Numbered from the stretch's first letter, positions 38,533 through 52,049 are shown. The stretch: 64,000 nt of DNA from Mobula hypostoma (GCF_963921235.1 NC_086108.1:95110001-95174000); one strand, 5' to 3'. The notes: generated by a model not told the origin, from the sequence alone. Translations and numbers: made by a program.

Positions 38533-39810
38533 AATCATACATTTCAGACAATGTCCCCATCATTGTCCCTGGATACGTCCTATTTCAGCTGCACACCAGT
38601 CTTCCAGCGAAACCAGTGAGGTGGTGTACAGTTGGGAGATAGTGATTCTATACACAAGCAATTATGGCAGCTTTGACCTTCTGAACAGGATTCTCTACCT
38701 CCACACCTTGTAGGTTGGTTCTCCTTTCTGTTGACACCATTTTAAGGGTCACAGAGTAAGCAGAGGCACAGGAAGTATTCTGTTTTGGGGACTTCAGTGT
38801 CCTTCACTAATTATGGTTTGGTAGATCCATTACTGTTAAAATGCCAAAATACAGGATGAGTGACTAGGCCTGTAGTTTGCTGGAGAGAACCAACTAAAAA
38901 GAAGAGAAAACTACTTTATCTCATCTTCCACCATTTATTTTACAAGTACTTGATAGTATTGGTAGGGGTGACCGGTGCACATTCCTGGGTGGGGGGGGGC
39001 ATAGTCTGTCTTCAGCTTGGGGCAACCCTCAATTTTGTTGTGTGGTAAGACCACCTTACCAAAAGGGATAGTTTAAAAACAGATTCAGCTGGAACTAGCA
39101 CTCCTAGACTTCGTCAAAACTATCGTAAACATTTAGTTTTGTGAAAAAAAATTCAAAAGCTGAAAAAAAGATTAACAAGCCATTTAGATTCAATAGCCTT
39201 GGAAAGATTTAAGGGATTATTAGTGTAGGGATGCTCTGATATGAAAGTTTTAAAATTGGCAAACCCTTGCCTCAGTCTCCTGTGGCAGTTCATTGGCATT
39301 CATATCAGGGGTAGAGAAGGTTCCCTGCGTCTTCTCTAATTGGTCAAGACCAAGTGCTGGACATGTAGACTAAATATACACTCGCACAGAGAACAGTAGG
39401 AGGAATCCAGAGATTTGTTGAAGCCGACTGCCCAGCAATTAATCACTGGAGATTTTTGCTTTCACACGTGGACATATGGAAATCTTGAATTGATTAATTG
39501 GTTACGTAGGGGCATTGGGGACAATGCTGACAGTTTCACCATTGATATCTTGCAGAATGTAGCCATTAATTTTCTGTTTGTATTGCTTAGTTTGCAGGTT
39601 AGCTGCAGCAATGTCTGATCCTGAGTGAAGGTCTGTATGTTATTGCAACATTATCAGGACATGCTCAGTACTTGAAAATGAGGTATGATTAGTGGGAGGA
39701 GACTCACTTGTTTAAAGTCCAGAAGGCAGAGCTAGCTTTGTTTGTTCAGGTTAACTGGACAGTGTGCTTGGTGCTTGTTGATTTGTATTTTGAAGTTACA
39801 TTGGAGAATT

Positions 39811-39824
39811 ATGAGCCTCGCAAG
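39811..39824 (+). CDS. Candidate alternative first coding micro-exon (MSLA-R) of EVI5
   Basis: ATG AGC CTC GCA AG|gtaggg in non-repetitive sequence. It has the same phase-2 split Arg codon as the 32623 donor. Confidence 0.35.
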
Positions 39825-40210
39825 GTAGGGGGTATTTTCATTGAGAAGTGTTCTGTTTTGTGTAGAAGCTGACCATTATTCACGGCTTGCCAAAACATAT
39901 TGGCAGCTGGTAGTTCAGTGAAGTCGATTATCTTAATATTCTAATCAATGATTTCCAATTTGTTTAATTGACTTAATATTCATTCATCATTCTTCTCACT
40001 ATTTACGTGTTGTGTCCCTATCAATCTTTCATTCTGTGTACTGAGTTTTATGACCCAGATGAATGGCAACTGTCACGTGGCCTCTGCGGGTTGTATGGAG
40101 GCCTGGTGGGGGAGTGGAGGCTGTGGGAGTTAAAGACAGGCCATGATGGGAGTGAATTGTGAAGACTGCTGTTGTGAACAACGTGTTTTTGTCCATTTAT
40201 GTGTGTAATA

Positions 40211-41509
40211 CACCCTATCCTCGTTATATGCGTCTTCAGACAATGCGGGTTCACAGTTATGCGAGGAACCTATTTCTACCAACGTCTCGTTATATGCGTC
40301 CAAAACTCACAGTTATGCGAGGAGCACTGCTTTCCCGCCAATACAAGTCACGTGCGCACACCTCAGTCTCACTGTTGGGACGAGAAGCACCGCTTTCCCG
40401 CCAATACAAGTCAGGTGCGCGCGCCTCACAATCTCTCTCCCGCCACTCTCGCATTGGTTTTGGCAAGGTGTGGATGCGCGATCTTAAACTTTTGTTGGTT
40501 TTACCTACGGTGCAATGATTTTGCGCTTGAAATATTTAATTATGCCTCCTAAGTGTCCGATGTCATGTCCTGTGCCATCAGCTGAGCGGCAGAGAACAGC
40601 TTTAACACTTGGGAAAAAAATTTGGAAATTATAAACAGCGCGGCATCAGCTGAAGGTAACACAGCTCTGGGACGCTACTGCCGGGAACAGAATCTTGCCT
40701 TTAAACTTCTTTTGTTGCTTGACAATGCGCCAGCCCATCGTAAACATTTGGATAGCATTCATCCTAACATAACAGTGCATTTCCTACCGCTTAACACAAC
40801 ATCGCTGATTCAGCCATTCGACCAAAGTGTAATCCACATTCAAGGCGTGTGTATTTTTTTACTGCAAACTATCTCTCAGATACTGCAAGCAACAGATGAT
40901 TTTGAAAATCCCGGGAGTTTACCAACGGTGAGGGAATGGTGGAAGTCAGAACACTTGGCACAAATAGCGATGGACATGGACCCACATTTAGAACGGAGTT
41001 AGCATTTTAGACGTTCCCTGCCGTCAACCCTTCTTGCCTACAAGCAAATTTAAAACAAAATGCTGCCAAGCAAACAACCCCCACCTCTTTATTCAAATTG
41101 GTAACACCTTCTGCTGCCGGCAGTTCTAAGAGTTCTGTGAGTCTTCCTTCACCCTTTGCTGTGCTTGATATGATCCTGACGACCATCCACCATATCTATG
41201 TAAAGCTGCCCGACACCACAACAACCACTTATCTCTCCCGGAGCAAACACACCTGCCACCGTTGGTGAGTACTATACACCCTCGGATGTTAACTTTCTAT
41301 GATTTATTACATCGACTATTACTTAAATTGATGAAATATAATACAAATGTTGTCTTGTAGTACTGCTTTTGTGTCATATTGGTATGAAAATGTTAATAAA
41401 TTACAGATAAAACATATTTGGGAAGCCCTATTTTCTCTATTTAAATAATTGTTCACATTATGCCTCAACTTTGAGGAATGTATCCCCCGCATATAACGAG
41501 GATAGGGTG
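40211..41509 (+). mobile_element. Internally deleted pogo/Tigger DNA transposon
   Basis: Perfect 22-bp TIR caccctatcctcgttatatgcg, TA TSD and transposase remnant LLLLDNAPAH..FLPLNTTSLIQPFDQSVI. Confidence 0.92.
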
Positions 41510-42089
41510 TATGTTTGAGCTTGAAGTGTATGTCTGCAGAACCGAGTCACCAATTGTCTTGACCCTCCTTGCCACTGAACTAAGATCTTGGTCTGTGGAT
41601 ATTATGTAGTGACACCTCTTAGTAAAAGGACTCTAGCACAGGCGTGTTACACTCACTAATGAAGTGAAAGCAAGTTACGTTTTATCCAGAATGTTTGCCT
41701 TACAAGGTGACCTATGCTTAACTATATTGTACAAGCCGATTACTTAGTAGCACAAAATTGTTTTTGGAAAACAGCAGCAAGTAATGAGATCAGAGGCTAA
41801 AGGAATAAGAAGTAAGTTTTAAAAAAACTGGTGACGTATCCAGAGATGAATCAAATGAAAGTGCTACAGAAGTTGGAGATTAGTTTCCATATAGCTTTTG
41901 GCAGAGATGAAATATTTTAATAGCTGCTTTTAAAAATTGTGTTGTTTAGGAGTACAAGTTTATTGTCAAAGTCAAACATACCTAAGGGTATAAATGGCAT
42001 GAAATTGAACTTTTTACTGCTGAAGCATAGTACATTACAAACAGGTTCATGGCAGATGCTATCTCTCTGGCCCTATATTCATTTTTGGA

Positions 42090-43190
42090 GCATTTGGATG
42101 GTAAAGAAAACTAAGTTACTCTATTGTTTATTGACCACAGCTCTATCTTCAATACTATAATTCCAATCAAACTCACCTGCAAACTCCTGGTTCTGGGACC
42201 CAACACTTCCCTTTGTAACCTGACACTTGACTTCCTGACCAACACATTGCAACCATAAAGGATATGCAGCAACATCTCTGCCATGATTATTCTCAATGCT
42301 GATTCCTCACAAGGCTGCATCCTCAGCCCTTAACATCCTCACGATTCCATCTACAAGTTTGCACATGATATTTCCTTAGAAGACCTCATCTTAAATATTG
42401 ATGAGTCACAGTGCAAGAGGGAGATAGAGAGCAGAATGACGTAGTTCATGACAACACCTTTCCCTCAATGCCAGCAAAACTAAAGAGCTGGTCATTGACT
42501 TCAGGAAAGGGGAATTGCACATTTTCCAGTTTACATCAGTGGTTCCAAATTTGAGAGGGTTCAGAGCTTCAATTTCCTAGGAGTGAACATCACCAGTTGC
42601 TTGCCTTATTCCATCCATGTCGGTGCTCTGGCCAGGAAAGCACACCAGTACCACTGGTTCCTTTGACCCTATCAATGCACCGCAAAAGCATCCTATCCAG
42701 GAGCATCATGCCTTGGTATGGCAATTGCTGTGCCTGTGACCACAAGTACCTGCAGAAGAGTAATGGACACAGCTCAGTACATTATGGAGACCAGCCTCTC
42801 TCTACATAGAGTTTGTGTACATTTCCCTCTGCCTTAGTAAAGCAGCCAGCTTAAGCTAACACCTTAACCAACCTGCATTCTATTTTTTCCATCAGGCAGA
42901 AGATGCAAAACCCTGAAAGTACATAACACCACACTCAAGGACAGTGTCTGTCTTTCTGATGTAAGACGTATCGAATGGTCTGATACAATAGATGGGCTTT
43001 TGACCTCACAATCTATGTTGCGCCTTATTGTCTACCCACACTGTTAGTTCTCTGCTACTATAACACTTTATTCTGTATCTGTATTGTTTGACTTTGTACT
43101 AGCTTCATGCACCGTTGGAATGAATTGATCTGTAGGAACAATATACATGACAAGTTTTTCACTGTACGTGTGCCAATCATGAATGAATTT
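42090..43190 (+). mobile_element. Old Rex1/Babar LINE fragment
   Basis: Nucleotide similarity to the RT region of the other Rex1 copies (tccatctacaagtttgc, ttcctaggagtgaacatc). Confidence 0.65.
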
Positions 43191-43496
43191 ACTAATTTAC
43201 AGTTGACCAATTTACATGAAAAACATGATGTACGTGAGCTTAAATTAACATTTTTATTTTGTCATTTATGTATAAAATAAGTTAAGCACATTAGTGCAAA
43301 TTAAGGGAAATATAGTCTGAGGTAGAATTAGAGTTTTTCAGGAATGAACAGTGAGTTGTGAGATATAGTGAAAAATAAGAAGAAAGATGAAAGGGGACAA
43401 ACAGAGTTTGGACTGCATGATATCCTGTCAATTTATTTATTATTTGATTATATTGAATCCTGAAACTGCTGCCTACCAGTCTGGGCCTTCAGCAGA

Positions 43497-44958
43497 TGGT
43501 AAGACCATAAGACAGGAGCAGAATTAGGCCATTCAGCCCATCGGATCTGCTCTGCTATTTCATCATGGCTGATTCATTTCTGGATGAACCCCATTCCTCT
43601 GTCTTCTTCCTGTAACTTTTGACAGCATGACTAATCAAGGACTTAACCTCCCCCTTAAATACATCCAATGACCTGGCCTCCACAGCCACCTCCGGCTACG
43701 AATTCCACAGATTCAGTACCCCCTGGCTAAAGAAATGCCTCCTTATCTCTTTACTAAATGGGTGTCCCTCTACTCAGAGGTGATGCCCTCTGGTCCTCGA
43801 CTACCCCAACACGGGAAACATTCTCCTCACACCCACTCCATCTAAGTATTTCAACTTTTGATAGGTTTTTATGAGATTTCCCCCCCCCACCCCAATTCTT
43901 CCAAATGTCAGCAAGTACAGGCCCAGAGCCATCAATTGCTCCTCATACGATAAGCCTTTCATTCACACAATCATTCTTGTGAACCTCCAATGAACCCTTT
44001 CTTTTCTTAGATAAGGGTCCCAAAATTACTCTCAATGCCTCATCAATACCTTAAGAAATCTCAGCATTACATCATTGCTTTTATTTTCTAGTCCCCTTGA
44101 AATGAATGCTGGCATTGCATGTGCCTTCCTCACTATTGACTCAACCTGCAAATTAGTCTTTAGGGAATTCTGTGCAAGGACTTAAGTTCCTTGCACCTTG
44201 GAATTTTTGAATTTTCTCCTCATTTAAAAGATGGTGAATGCTTTTTATTCCTTCTACCAAAGTGCATGACAGTACACTTTCTGACACCGTGTTCCTTCTG
44301 CCACTTCTTTGCCCATTCTCCTAATCCACCAAAGTCCTTCTGCAGGCTCCCTGCTTCCTCAATACTACTTGCCCCTCCACCTGTTTTCATATCGTCCACA
44401 AACTTGGCCACAAAGCCATCAATTCCACCATCCAAATCATTGACATAAAAAGTAAAAAGAAGTGGTCCCAGCATCGACCCCTGTGGAACACCACTAGTCA
44501 TTGGCAGCCAATTAGAAAACGCTCCCTTTATTCCCACTCTTTGCCTTCTGCCGGTTAGCCAATCACCTATCCAAGCAAGTATCTTTCCTGTAATACCATA
44601 GGCTCTTATCTTGTTAAGCAGCCTCACGCACAGCGCCTTTGCAAAGGCCTTCCGAAAATCCAAGTACACAATATACACCAATTCTCCTTTGTGTATCCTG
44701 CTTGTTATTTCCTCAAAGAATTCCAACAGGTTTGCCAGGCAAGATTTTACCTTGAGGAAAATGTTGACTTTGGCCTATTTTATCATGTGCCTCTTTCAGA
44801 ACACCAGGGTGTGGTCCATTTGGTCCAGGTGACTTGTCTTATCTTCCGATGTTTCAGTTTCCCTAGTAATAGCAACTGCACTTGCTTCTGTCCCCTGAGG
44901 CTCTTGAAATTCTGGCATACAGCTAGTGTTTTCCACAGTGAAGTCTGATGCAAAATAC
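43497..44958 (-). mobile_element. CR1 LINE RT/3' fragment
   Basis: ORF 44220-44726 has YLDFRKAF, SGVPQGSMLGPLLF and KFVDD. CR1 3' end is ttctgctcctgtcttatgg. Confidence 0.88.
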
Positions 44959-44959
44959 T

Positions 44960-46272
44960 TAGTGGTGCTAGGAAGTTTGTGAACCCTGTAGAAATTTCTC
45001 CATTTCTTTGTAACTATGACCTAAAATGTGATCAGATTTTCACATGTCCTAAAACTAGATAAAGAGAACCCAATTAAATAAATAATACAAAAACTTGCTC
45101 ATTTATTGAGAAAAATGATCCAATATTACATGTTTGTTGGAAAAAGTATGTGAACCTTTGCTGTCAGTAACTGATGTGACCCCCTCGTACAGGAATAACT
45201 TCAACCAAACCTTACTGGTAACTATTGATCAGTCCTGCACATTGGCTTGGAAGAATTTTAGGCCATTCCTCCTTAGAAAACTGCTTCAGCTCTGGGATGA
45301 ACTGCTTGCTTCAGGTCCTTCCACAATATTTTTTATTGGATTACAGTCAGGACTTTGACTTGGCCATTCCAAAACAAGAATATTCTTCTTTTTAAACCAT
45401 TCGGTTGTTGACTTACTCTTGTCTTTCTGATCATTGTCTTGTTGCATTATCCAACTTCTATTAAGCTTCAGGTGGTGGACTGCTGCCCTGACATTCTCTT
45501 GTGTAAGGGGTCTCTTCTTTTATGTTACTGCGTAGACTAATTAAAATGGCTTCTTTGTTATGTTAACTGCTGAGAAAGTTCTCTCACTAGCAACTTGTTT
45601 GGGTTATATTATTGATAAGAGAGCGGAAGAACCATTTGGGATAGATGTTACTCTTTCTGGTGTGTCTAACTGATTGTGATGTGCGGGTTTTTGGGGAGAA
45701 GGTGCAATGGACAGAGAGAGTGGACAAGGTACTGTGAGCTGGCTAACGGGGTCAGACCCCGAGCAGGAGTCCGAGGTCCAGGGTCTTCGTCGAGGAGAAG
45801 AGACAGAGACAGACTCGTGTGGAGCACCTGGTCGACCACTGTGATTGGTCCCTGGCGGCAGGTCGAGGTGGTCAGAAGGGATCGAATGGTGAGGAGAGGA
45901 TCGTTACTAGAGCTCCAACTGTTGTGCACAAAGAGATTGAACTTTCAGTGTGGCGCCTTTTATTTTCCTTTTATAGTTTATCTCTCTTAATTATATAGTT
46001 CCAGTAATATCTGTAAACTGTAATTCATTTAATTGTATATGGTGTATTGTCTGTTATTTGGCAGGGTGGGGTACATCACACTGCATCCACCAAAATTAAT
46101 TACCCAGTTCGGCGGGGCCAAGGGCTGTTTCCCTGGACGACAGCGAGTTGAGCGACCCTGAGGCTTGCCGGAGGGGGCTACACTTATAAAGTGTATTGAT
46201 ATAATTTTGAATTCATTGTTCCCTCAACCATTGCAAGCTGTCCAGGCCCTGCAAAGCAGCCCCAAACCATGA
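44960..46272 (-). mobile_element. Truncated Tc1 transposon (IR/DR type) interrupted by a solo LTR
   Basis: Minus strand ~45320-45453 translates to WIMQQDNDQKDKSKSTTEWFKKKNILVLEWPSQSPDCNPIK, with D-34-E spacing and E mutated to K. Outer repeat aagtttgtgaacc is echoed by inner aagtatgtgaacc at ~45143. Confidence 0.85.
45502..46182. mobile_element. Solo LTR, same family as 29802-30515
   Basis: TGTAAGG...GGCTACA termini and 4-bp TSD cttg/ctta. Confidence 0.85.
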
Positions 46273-46275
46273 TAT

Positions 46276-46473
46276 GTCTACTATAAGCCTACTGACTCTC
46301 ACAGCTATCTGGACTATTCCTCTTCTCACCCTGTCTCTTGCAAAAACGCCATCCCCTTCTCACAATTCCTCCATCTCCACCGCATCTGCTCTCAGGATGA
46401 GGCTTTTCATTCTAGGACGAAGGAGATGTCTTCCTTTTTTAAAGAAAGGGACTTCCCTTCCTCCACTATCAAC
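46276..46473 (+). mobile_element. Internal fragment of young Penelope RT
   Basis: Near-identical to ~62319-62518. Confidence 0.8.
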
Positions 46474-49400
46474 TGTGACTCGGCTTAAGGTCTTGTTTCA
46501 GCCAGGAACCCGGCCATCCAGGATTAAGTGTCGGCTTCGGGGCCCGACCCAATTGACAGCCCGGGCCCCCGGCAGCTGGAAGTGGCAGCGGAGCCTCCCT
46601 CATTACTCAGCCTGACCCGGAGCGTCCGACGACACGACCCGCCAATCGATTCCCACGGGATGCGTCCACCAACCGCAAAGAGCTGACAACACACTGCATC
46701 GATGGAAACCTGGAAAGATGCACAACTTACCAAGGAAGCATGAGAAAAGAGCTGGGCTGCTGGTCAGATTGAAGCTGAGGGGCTTCAGGGTCCCTTTGCC
46801 CACCATCCTACTAGCTAATGTGCAAGCCATAGAGAACAAGGTGGATGATCTTAAAGGGAGACTCACCTACTGCAGGGTGATGCAGAACTGCTGTGTATTC
46901 TGTTTCACCGAGACCTGGCTCTCCCCTGCCACCCCCAACTGTGCCATCCGACTGGAGGGATTTTTGATCCATCGGATGGACCGCACGACGTCTTTGGGCA
47001 AGACGAGGGGAAGTGGTGTCTGCCTACTGATCAACACTGCGTGGTGCTCGGACCTGCAGCCCGGACCTGGAACACCTGTCGGTGAAGTGTCGTCCCTACT
47101 ATCTGCCACGGGAATGCACCTCGGTCATACTGACAGCGGTCTACATTCCCCCCCCAGAGGGATGTGGAGTGTGCTCTGAACATACTGTATGCCAACATCA
47201 GTGAACTTGAGACCAGGTATCCGGAGGCTTTGCTCATTACGGCCGGGGACCTTAACCAGGCCAACCTCAGAAAAGCGCTGCCAAAGTTATACCAACCCGT
47301 CTCCTGCCCCATTAGAGGCCCGACTATACTTGACCACTGCTACACAGCAGTCAAGGATGGCTACCGTTCCATCCCACGACCTCACTTCGGAAAATTGGAC
47401 CATCAGGCCGTACTCCTCCTCCCAGCTTACAAACAGAAACAAAGTGGGAGGTCATGGTGTCAAAAGTAGTGTCCCGTTGGATGGAGGAAACGGATGTGGT
47501 CCTCCGTGACTGCTTTGAATCGGTGGACTGGTTAGTATTCAAGGACTCGGCAGCAAACCTCGATGAGTATGCCTCAGCTGTCACAGACTTTATTTGGAAA
47601 TGCACAGAGGACTGTGTGTCTCGCAAGACGGTCCAGGTATTCCCTAGCCAGAAACCTTGGATGAATTATGAGGTCAAGTCCCTTTTAAAGGCTAGAGCTG
47701 CGGCTTTTAGGTCCAGGGATACCAGTCGCTATACGGAATCCAGGCGTGAACTCCGGAAAGCCATTAAGGGCGCCAAGAGGCAATATCGAGCCAAGTTGGA
47801 AGCCCAGGCTAACCAGGGGGAATGCCAGTAGACTATGGCAGGGTCTAAATGAGATCACTGGGCACAAAGAAAAGGCTGGGAATATCAATAACTGTGGTGC
47901 TTCTCTTCTTGACGAACTTAATGTATTCTACGCAAGATTTGAACAAAAGAGGAGCGTCCCACTCCCTCCGAATGAACCGGACCTGGTGGCATCGAGATTC
48001 ATCGTCACCGAGGAGGACGTTAGAAGGGCCTTCCTGAAGATAAATCCAAGGAAGGCGACGGGCCCGGATGGCATCCCAGGACAGGTACTCGGGGCCTGTG
48101 CAAGTGAGCTAGCTGGAGTGTTTGCTAACATCTTCAACTGCTCCTTGCTTCAGTCTAAGGTCCCCTTGTGTTTAAGAAGGCAACAATAATCCCAGTGCTG
48201 AAGAAGAGCAAGGTGGCATGCCTGAATGACTATTGACCTGTGGCTCTGATACCAATTGCAATGAAGTGCTTTGAGAGATTAGTTGTGGCACACATCAACC
48301 ACAGCCTACCGGTCAACCTCGACACTTTGCAATTCGCCTACCGGAGCAACAGGTCAACGGCAGATGCCATCTCTCTGGCCCTACATTCCTCCTTAGAACA
48401 CCTGGAGAATAAAGACGCATACGTAAGGCTCCTTTTCATTGACTACAGCTCTGCCTTTAATACCATCATTCCAAATAAACTGATTCCTAAGCTCCGGAAC
48501 CTGGGCCTCAGCACTCAGATCTGCAGCTGGATCTTCAACTTCCTCACAGACATGACCCAGGCTGTAAAAATAGGGGACAAGCTCTCCTCTACAATCACTC
48601 TGAGCACCGGTGCCCCACAAGGCTGTGTACTTAGACCCCTGCTGTACTCACTGTACACCCATGATTGTGTAGCCAAGTTTCCACCAAACTCAATATACAA
48701 GTTTGCTGATGACACAACAATTGTAGGCCGTATCTCGGGTAATGATGAGTTTGAGTACAGAGAAGAAATTAAGAACCTGGTGACATGGTACAAAGACAAT
48801 AACCTATCCTTAACGTCAGCAAGACGAAGGAATTGGTTGTTGGCTTCAGAAGGAGTAGCGGACCGCACGACCCAATTTACATCGGTGGTGTGCAAGTGGA
48901 ACAGGTCAAAAGCTTTAAGTTCCTAGGGGTCAGTATCACAAATGACCTGACTTGGTCCACCCAAGCAGAGTTCACTGCCAAGAAGGCCCACCAGCGCCTT
49001 TACTTCCTGAGAAAGCTAAAGAAATTTGCCCTGCCCCCTAAAACCCTCACTAATTTTTATCGATGCACCGTATTCTTCTGGGTGCATTACAACCTGGTAT
49101 GGAAGTTGTCCTGTCTAAGACTGAAAGAAACTGCAGAAGATCATGAACACGGCACAGCGCATCACACAAACCAATCTTCCATCCTTGGACTCACTTTACG
49201 CTGCACGCTGTCGGAGCAGTGCTGCCAGGATAATCGAGGACACGACCCACCCAACCAACACACTTTTCATCCCTCTTCTCTCCGGGAGAAGGCTCAGGAG
49301 CATGAAGACTCGTACGGCCAGATTTGGGAACAGCTTCTTTCCAACTGTGATAAGACTGCTGAACAGATCTTGACCTGGATCTGGGCCGTACCCTCCAAAT

Positions 49401-49640
49401 ATCCGGACCTGCCTCTCAGTTTTTTTGCACTACCTTACTTCCCATTTTTCTATTTTCTATTTATGATTTATAATTTAAATTTTAATATTCACTAATTTTT
49501 ACTATTTTTAATATTTTAAATATTTAATTGTAATTCAGGGAGTGGGAAGCACAGAATCAAATATCACTGTGATGATTGTACGTTCTAGTATCAATTGTTT
49601 GGCGACAATAAAGTGTAAAGTAAAGTAGAAGTAAAGTAAT
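46474..49640 (+). mobile_element. Near full-length Rex1/Babar LINE (APE endonuclease + RT), frameshifted
   Basis: ORF pieces [50 protein letters not shown] and YKFADD. GC-rich 5' leader and aataaa + (aaagt)n tail. Confidence 0.92.
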
Positions 49641-51087
49641 GGTTTGCATTTTGATTTCCACAATTTCTTCAGCAAGCGGGGAGTTACTATCATAATGGGA
49701 TTTCTGAGAAGATGTAATAAAATATCTTATTAAGTTTTTCCACCCAAACTCCCTCCATCTGTGAACTGGTACACTTCTATTGATACCTCCATATTATTGT
49801 CCAGTCTCCTCAGATTATCCCTCCTTCCTTCTCCCATCTTGTTTTAATGTATGAAGTCGAATGTGTTTTGAGATTTGACAAACCCTTATAAACGCTTGAA
49901 ATTATTCTACTACTGTTGTCTGAATTATATGCTTTTCTAAACAGCTCTATCAGACGTACTTGGTTACATTTTTAACCGTCCTATTAACATACTGTCGCAT
50001 CTGTAAATAATGGTAAAAGTCTTGTTTTTCTAGTAAGTGTTTCTCTTTGAGCATTTCAAAACTGAACAGTGTTCCTTCTTTCATTATGTTGCAAATAGCT
50101 GTTATTCCTTTAGCTGTCCAGTCCTTAAAACTAGCATCCAGTTTATTCGGCGTAAAATCAGAGTCATATGTACACCATTTAAGAATTGCAATGTCTCTCT
50201 CTGGTTTATATTTTATAATAGTTTTCCATATTTTAAGAGTCTATTTCACCCACTGGTTTTCAACATTATTTATGTAACTTTTGTAGGTTGTTATCAGCCA
50301 AAATTGATGTCACCTCTTTCTACGGATTTGATTTCATTTTTTTACCAACAGAGCCGCACCACTACCTCTGCCTTCCTGCCTGTCCTTTCGATACAATGTG
50401 TATCCTTGGATGTTAAACACCAACTATAATCTTTCAGCCATGACTCAGCGATGCCCACAATGTCATACCTGTCAGTGTCCAACTGTGTACAAGATCATCT
50501 TCTGTATGCTGTGTACATTGGAGTATAACACCTTCAGCCCTGAATCCATCACTCTTTTCGATTTCTGTCTGGCTTTTACACTGCAACTCATCCTACTGAT
50601 TGTTATTGTGCCCTAACATCTGCCTGTCCTTCCTGACCATTTCATTACACACTACCTTTGCTTGTAAACCAGCAGCCCTATCCTTACTCTGATCACTCCA
50701 GTTCCCATTCCCTGCCAAATTAGTTTAAACCTAATCAAACTGATGCAAGGGGAAAGCTCACTTGACCCAGTCCTGCGGAAGGGTTTTGGCCCGAGACGTC
50801 GACTGTATTTTTTCCATAGATGCCGCCTGGCCTGCTGAGTTCCTCCGGCATTTTGTGTGTAACCTCAGAAAGCTCCATGTCGCAGCTGCATTTCTTCTTG
50901 CTGAGAATGCTGGGAGTGATCATTGTGTGCTCCTTATGGAGGTAAAGTACTTCCTTCATGCTTAGGGTAGAATTCATTGTGTTGTGTCGCCATCCTATTG
51001 TGCCAAATGGGATAGATTCAGAATAGGCCTCAAGGCATAAACCTGGGCATACATGAGGCAACTGCATTTCCTGCAGTATGCAACTAA

Positions 51088-52049
51088 GGCTACGTCCACA
51101 CTACGCCAGATAATTTTGAAAACGAAGCCTTTTCTCTTCGCTTTGACCCTCTGTCCACACTAAAACGGCGTTTTCATCCCCCGAAAATGGAGATTTTCAG
51201 AAACGGTCTCCAGAGTGAATGAATCTAGAAACGCCTAATACTTGTTGCAGTGTGGACATGGTAAACGGAGCTTTTTAAAACCGCTGTCATGATGTGCCAG
51301 AACAGATGGTGGCAGCGTAGCATTTCATTGTTTTCTTCTTATTATTGTTATTACTTTATTGTTGCCAAACAATTGATACCAGAGCATATAATCAGCACAA
51401 CGATATTTGATTCTGCGCTTCGTAGAACCAAACAATTTCAGAACAGACGGCATCGAGACTGAAGCCAGAAGAGTTAGAAATGTATTCACCCATAGCTTAC
51501 TGAATAAATAAGTATATTCACTTTGCCCTGTTTTCTATCCTTGCTCGTATGAAGGTGGTTTACCTATTTATGCAAGTACTTCTCTGACAATAGATGTGTA
51601 ACAGCCTAATGTAACATTGTATGGAAATACAAGATAACACTAATGCAGACATGTTTTATACATTTAACAAGGTGCTTTATTAATGCAACAGAGTTAGTCA
51701 GTTTTTCAATGTTCATCGTCAGCCGGGTCATACTGTCCGTGAACTCCCTGTCGGTTGCCTCCATACGCTCCAGTATTCGTTTTTTTTTTAGTTTTAAGTC
51801 CTCCTGCGCAAGAGCCAAGAGCAATTCCTTTTAAGTTTTTCTACTCTAGCTGGACAAACGCGCACCAAGTATACTGTTTCCTCTTCGCTTGTTTTCTGTG
51901 TGTCCTACACATGCCCAGTAGGAGGAAATTCGCCCAAATATCCGTCTAATGTGGACACAGATATTTTGAAAAATGCTTAGTGTGGACGCCTGTCGTTTTC
52001 ACTCGAAACCGGCGTTTTCAAAATTATCCGGCGTAGTGTGGACGTAGCC
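51088..52049. mobile_element. Non-autonomous PIF/Harbinger element (962 bp)
   Basis: ~37-bp TIR ggctacgtccacactacgcc(a/g)gataattttgaaaacg, TAA TSD and subterminal gtccacac repeats. Coiled-coil ORF remnant at 51606-51824 (-) may be the Myb/SANT partner. Confidence 0.9.

Noticed and set aside
40622..41002. Domesticated TIGD-like gene
   Set aside because: Short, internally deleted, frameshifted remnant enclosed by perfect TIRs and a TA TSD.
49640..50345. Specific classification of the AT-rich LINE-like stretch (also ~59775-60080, ~28000-28680, ~34130-34880)
   Set aside because: Probably repeat-derived, but I found no diagnostic motif that supports a family call without a library search.
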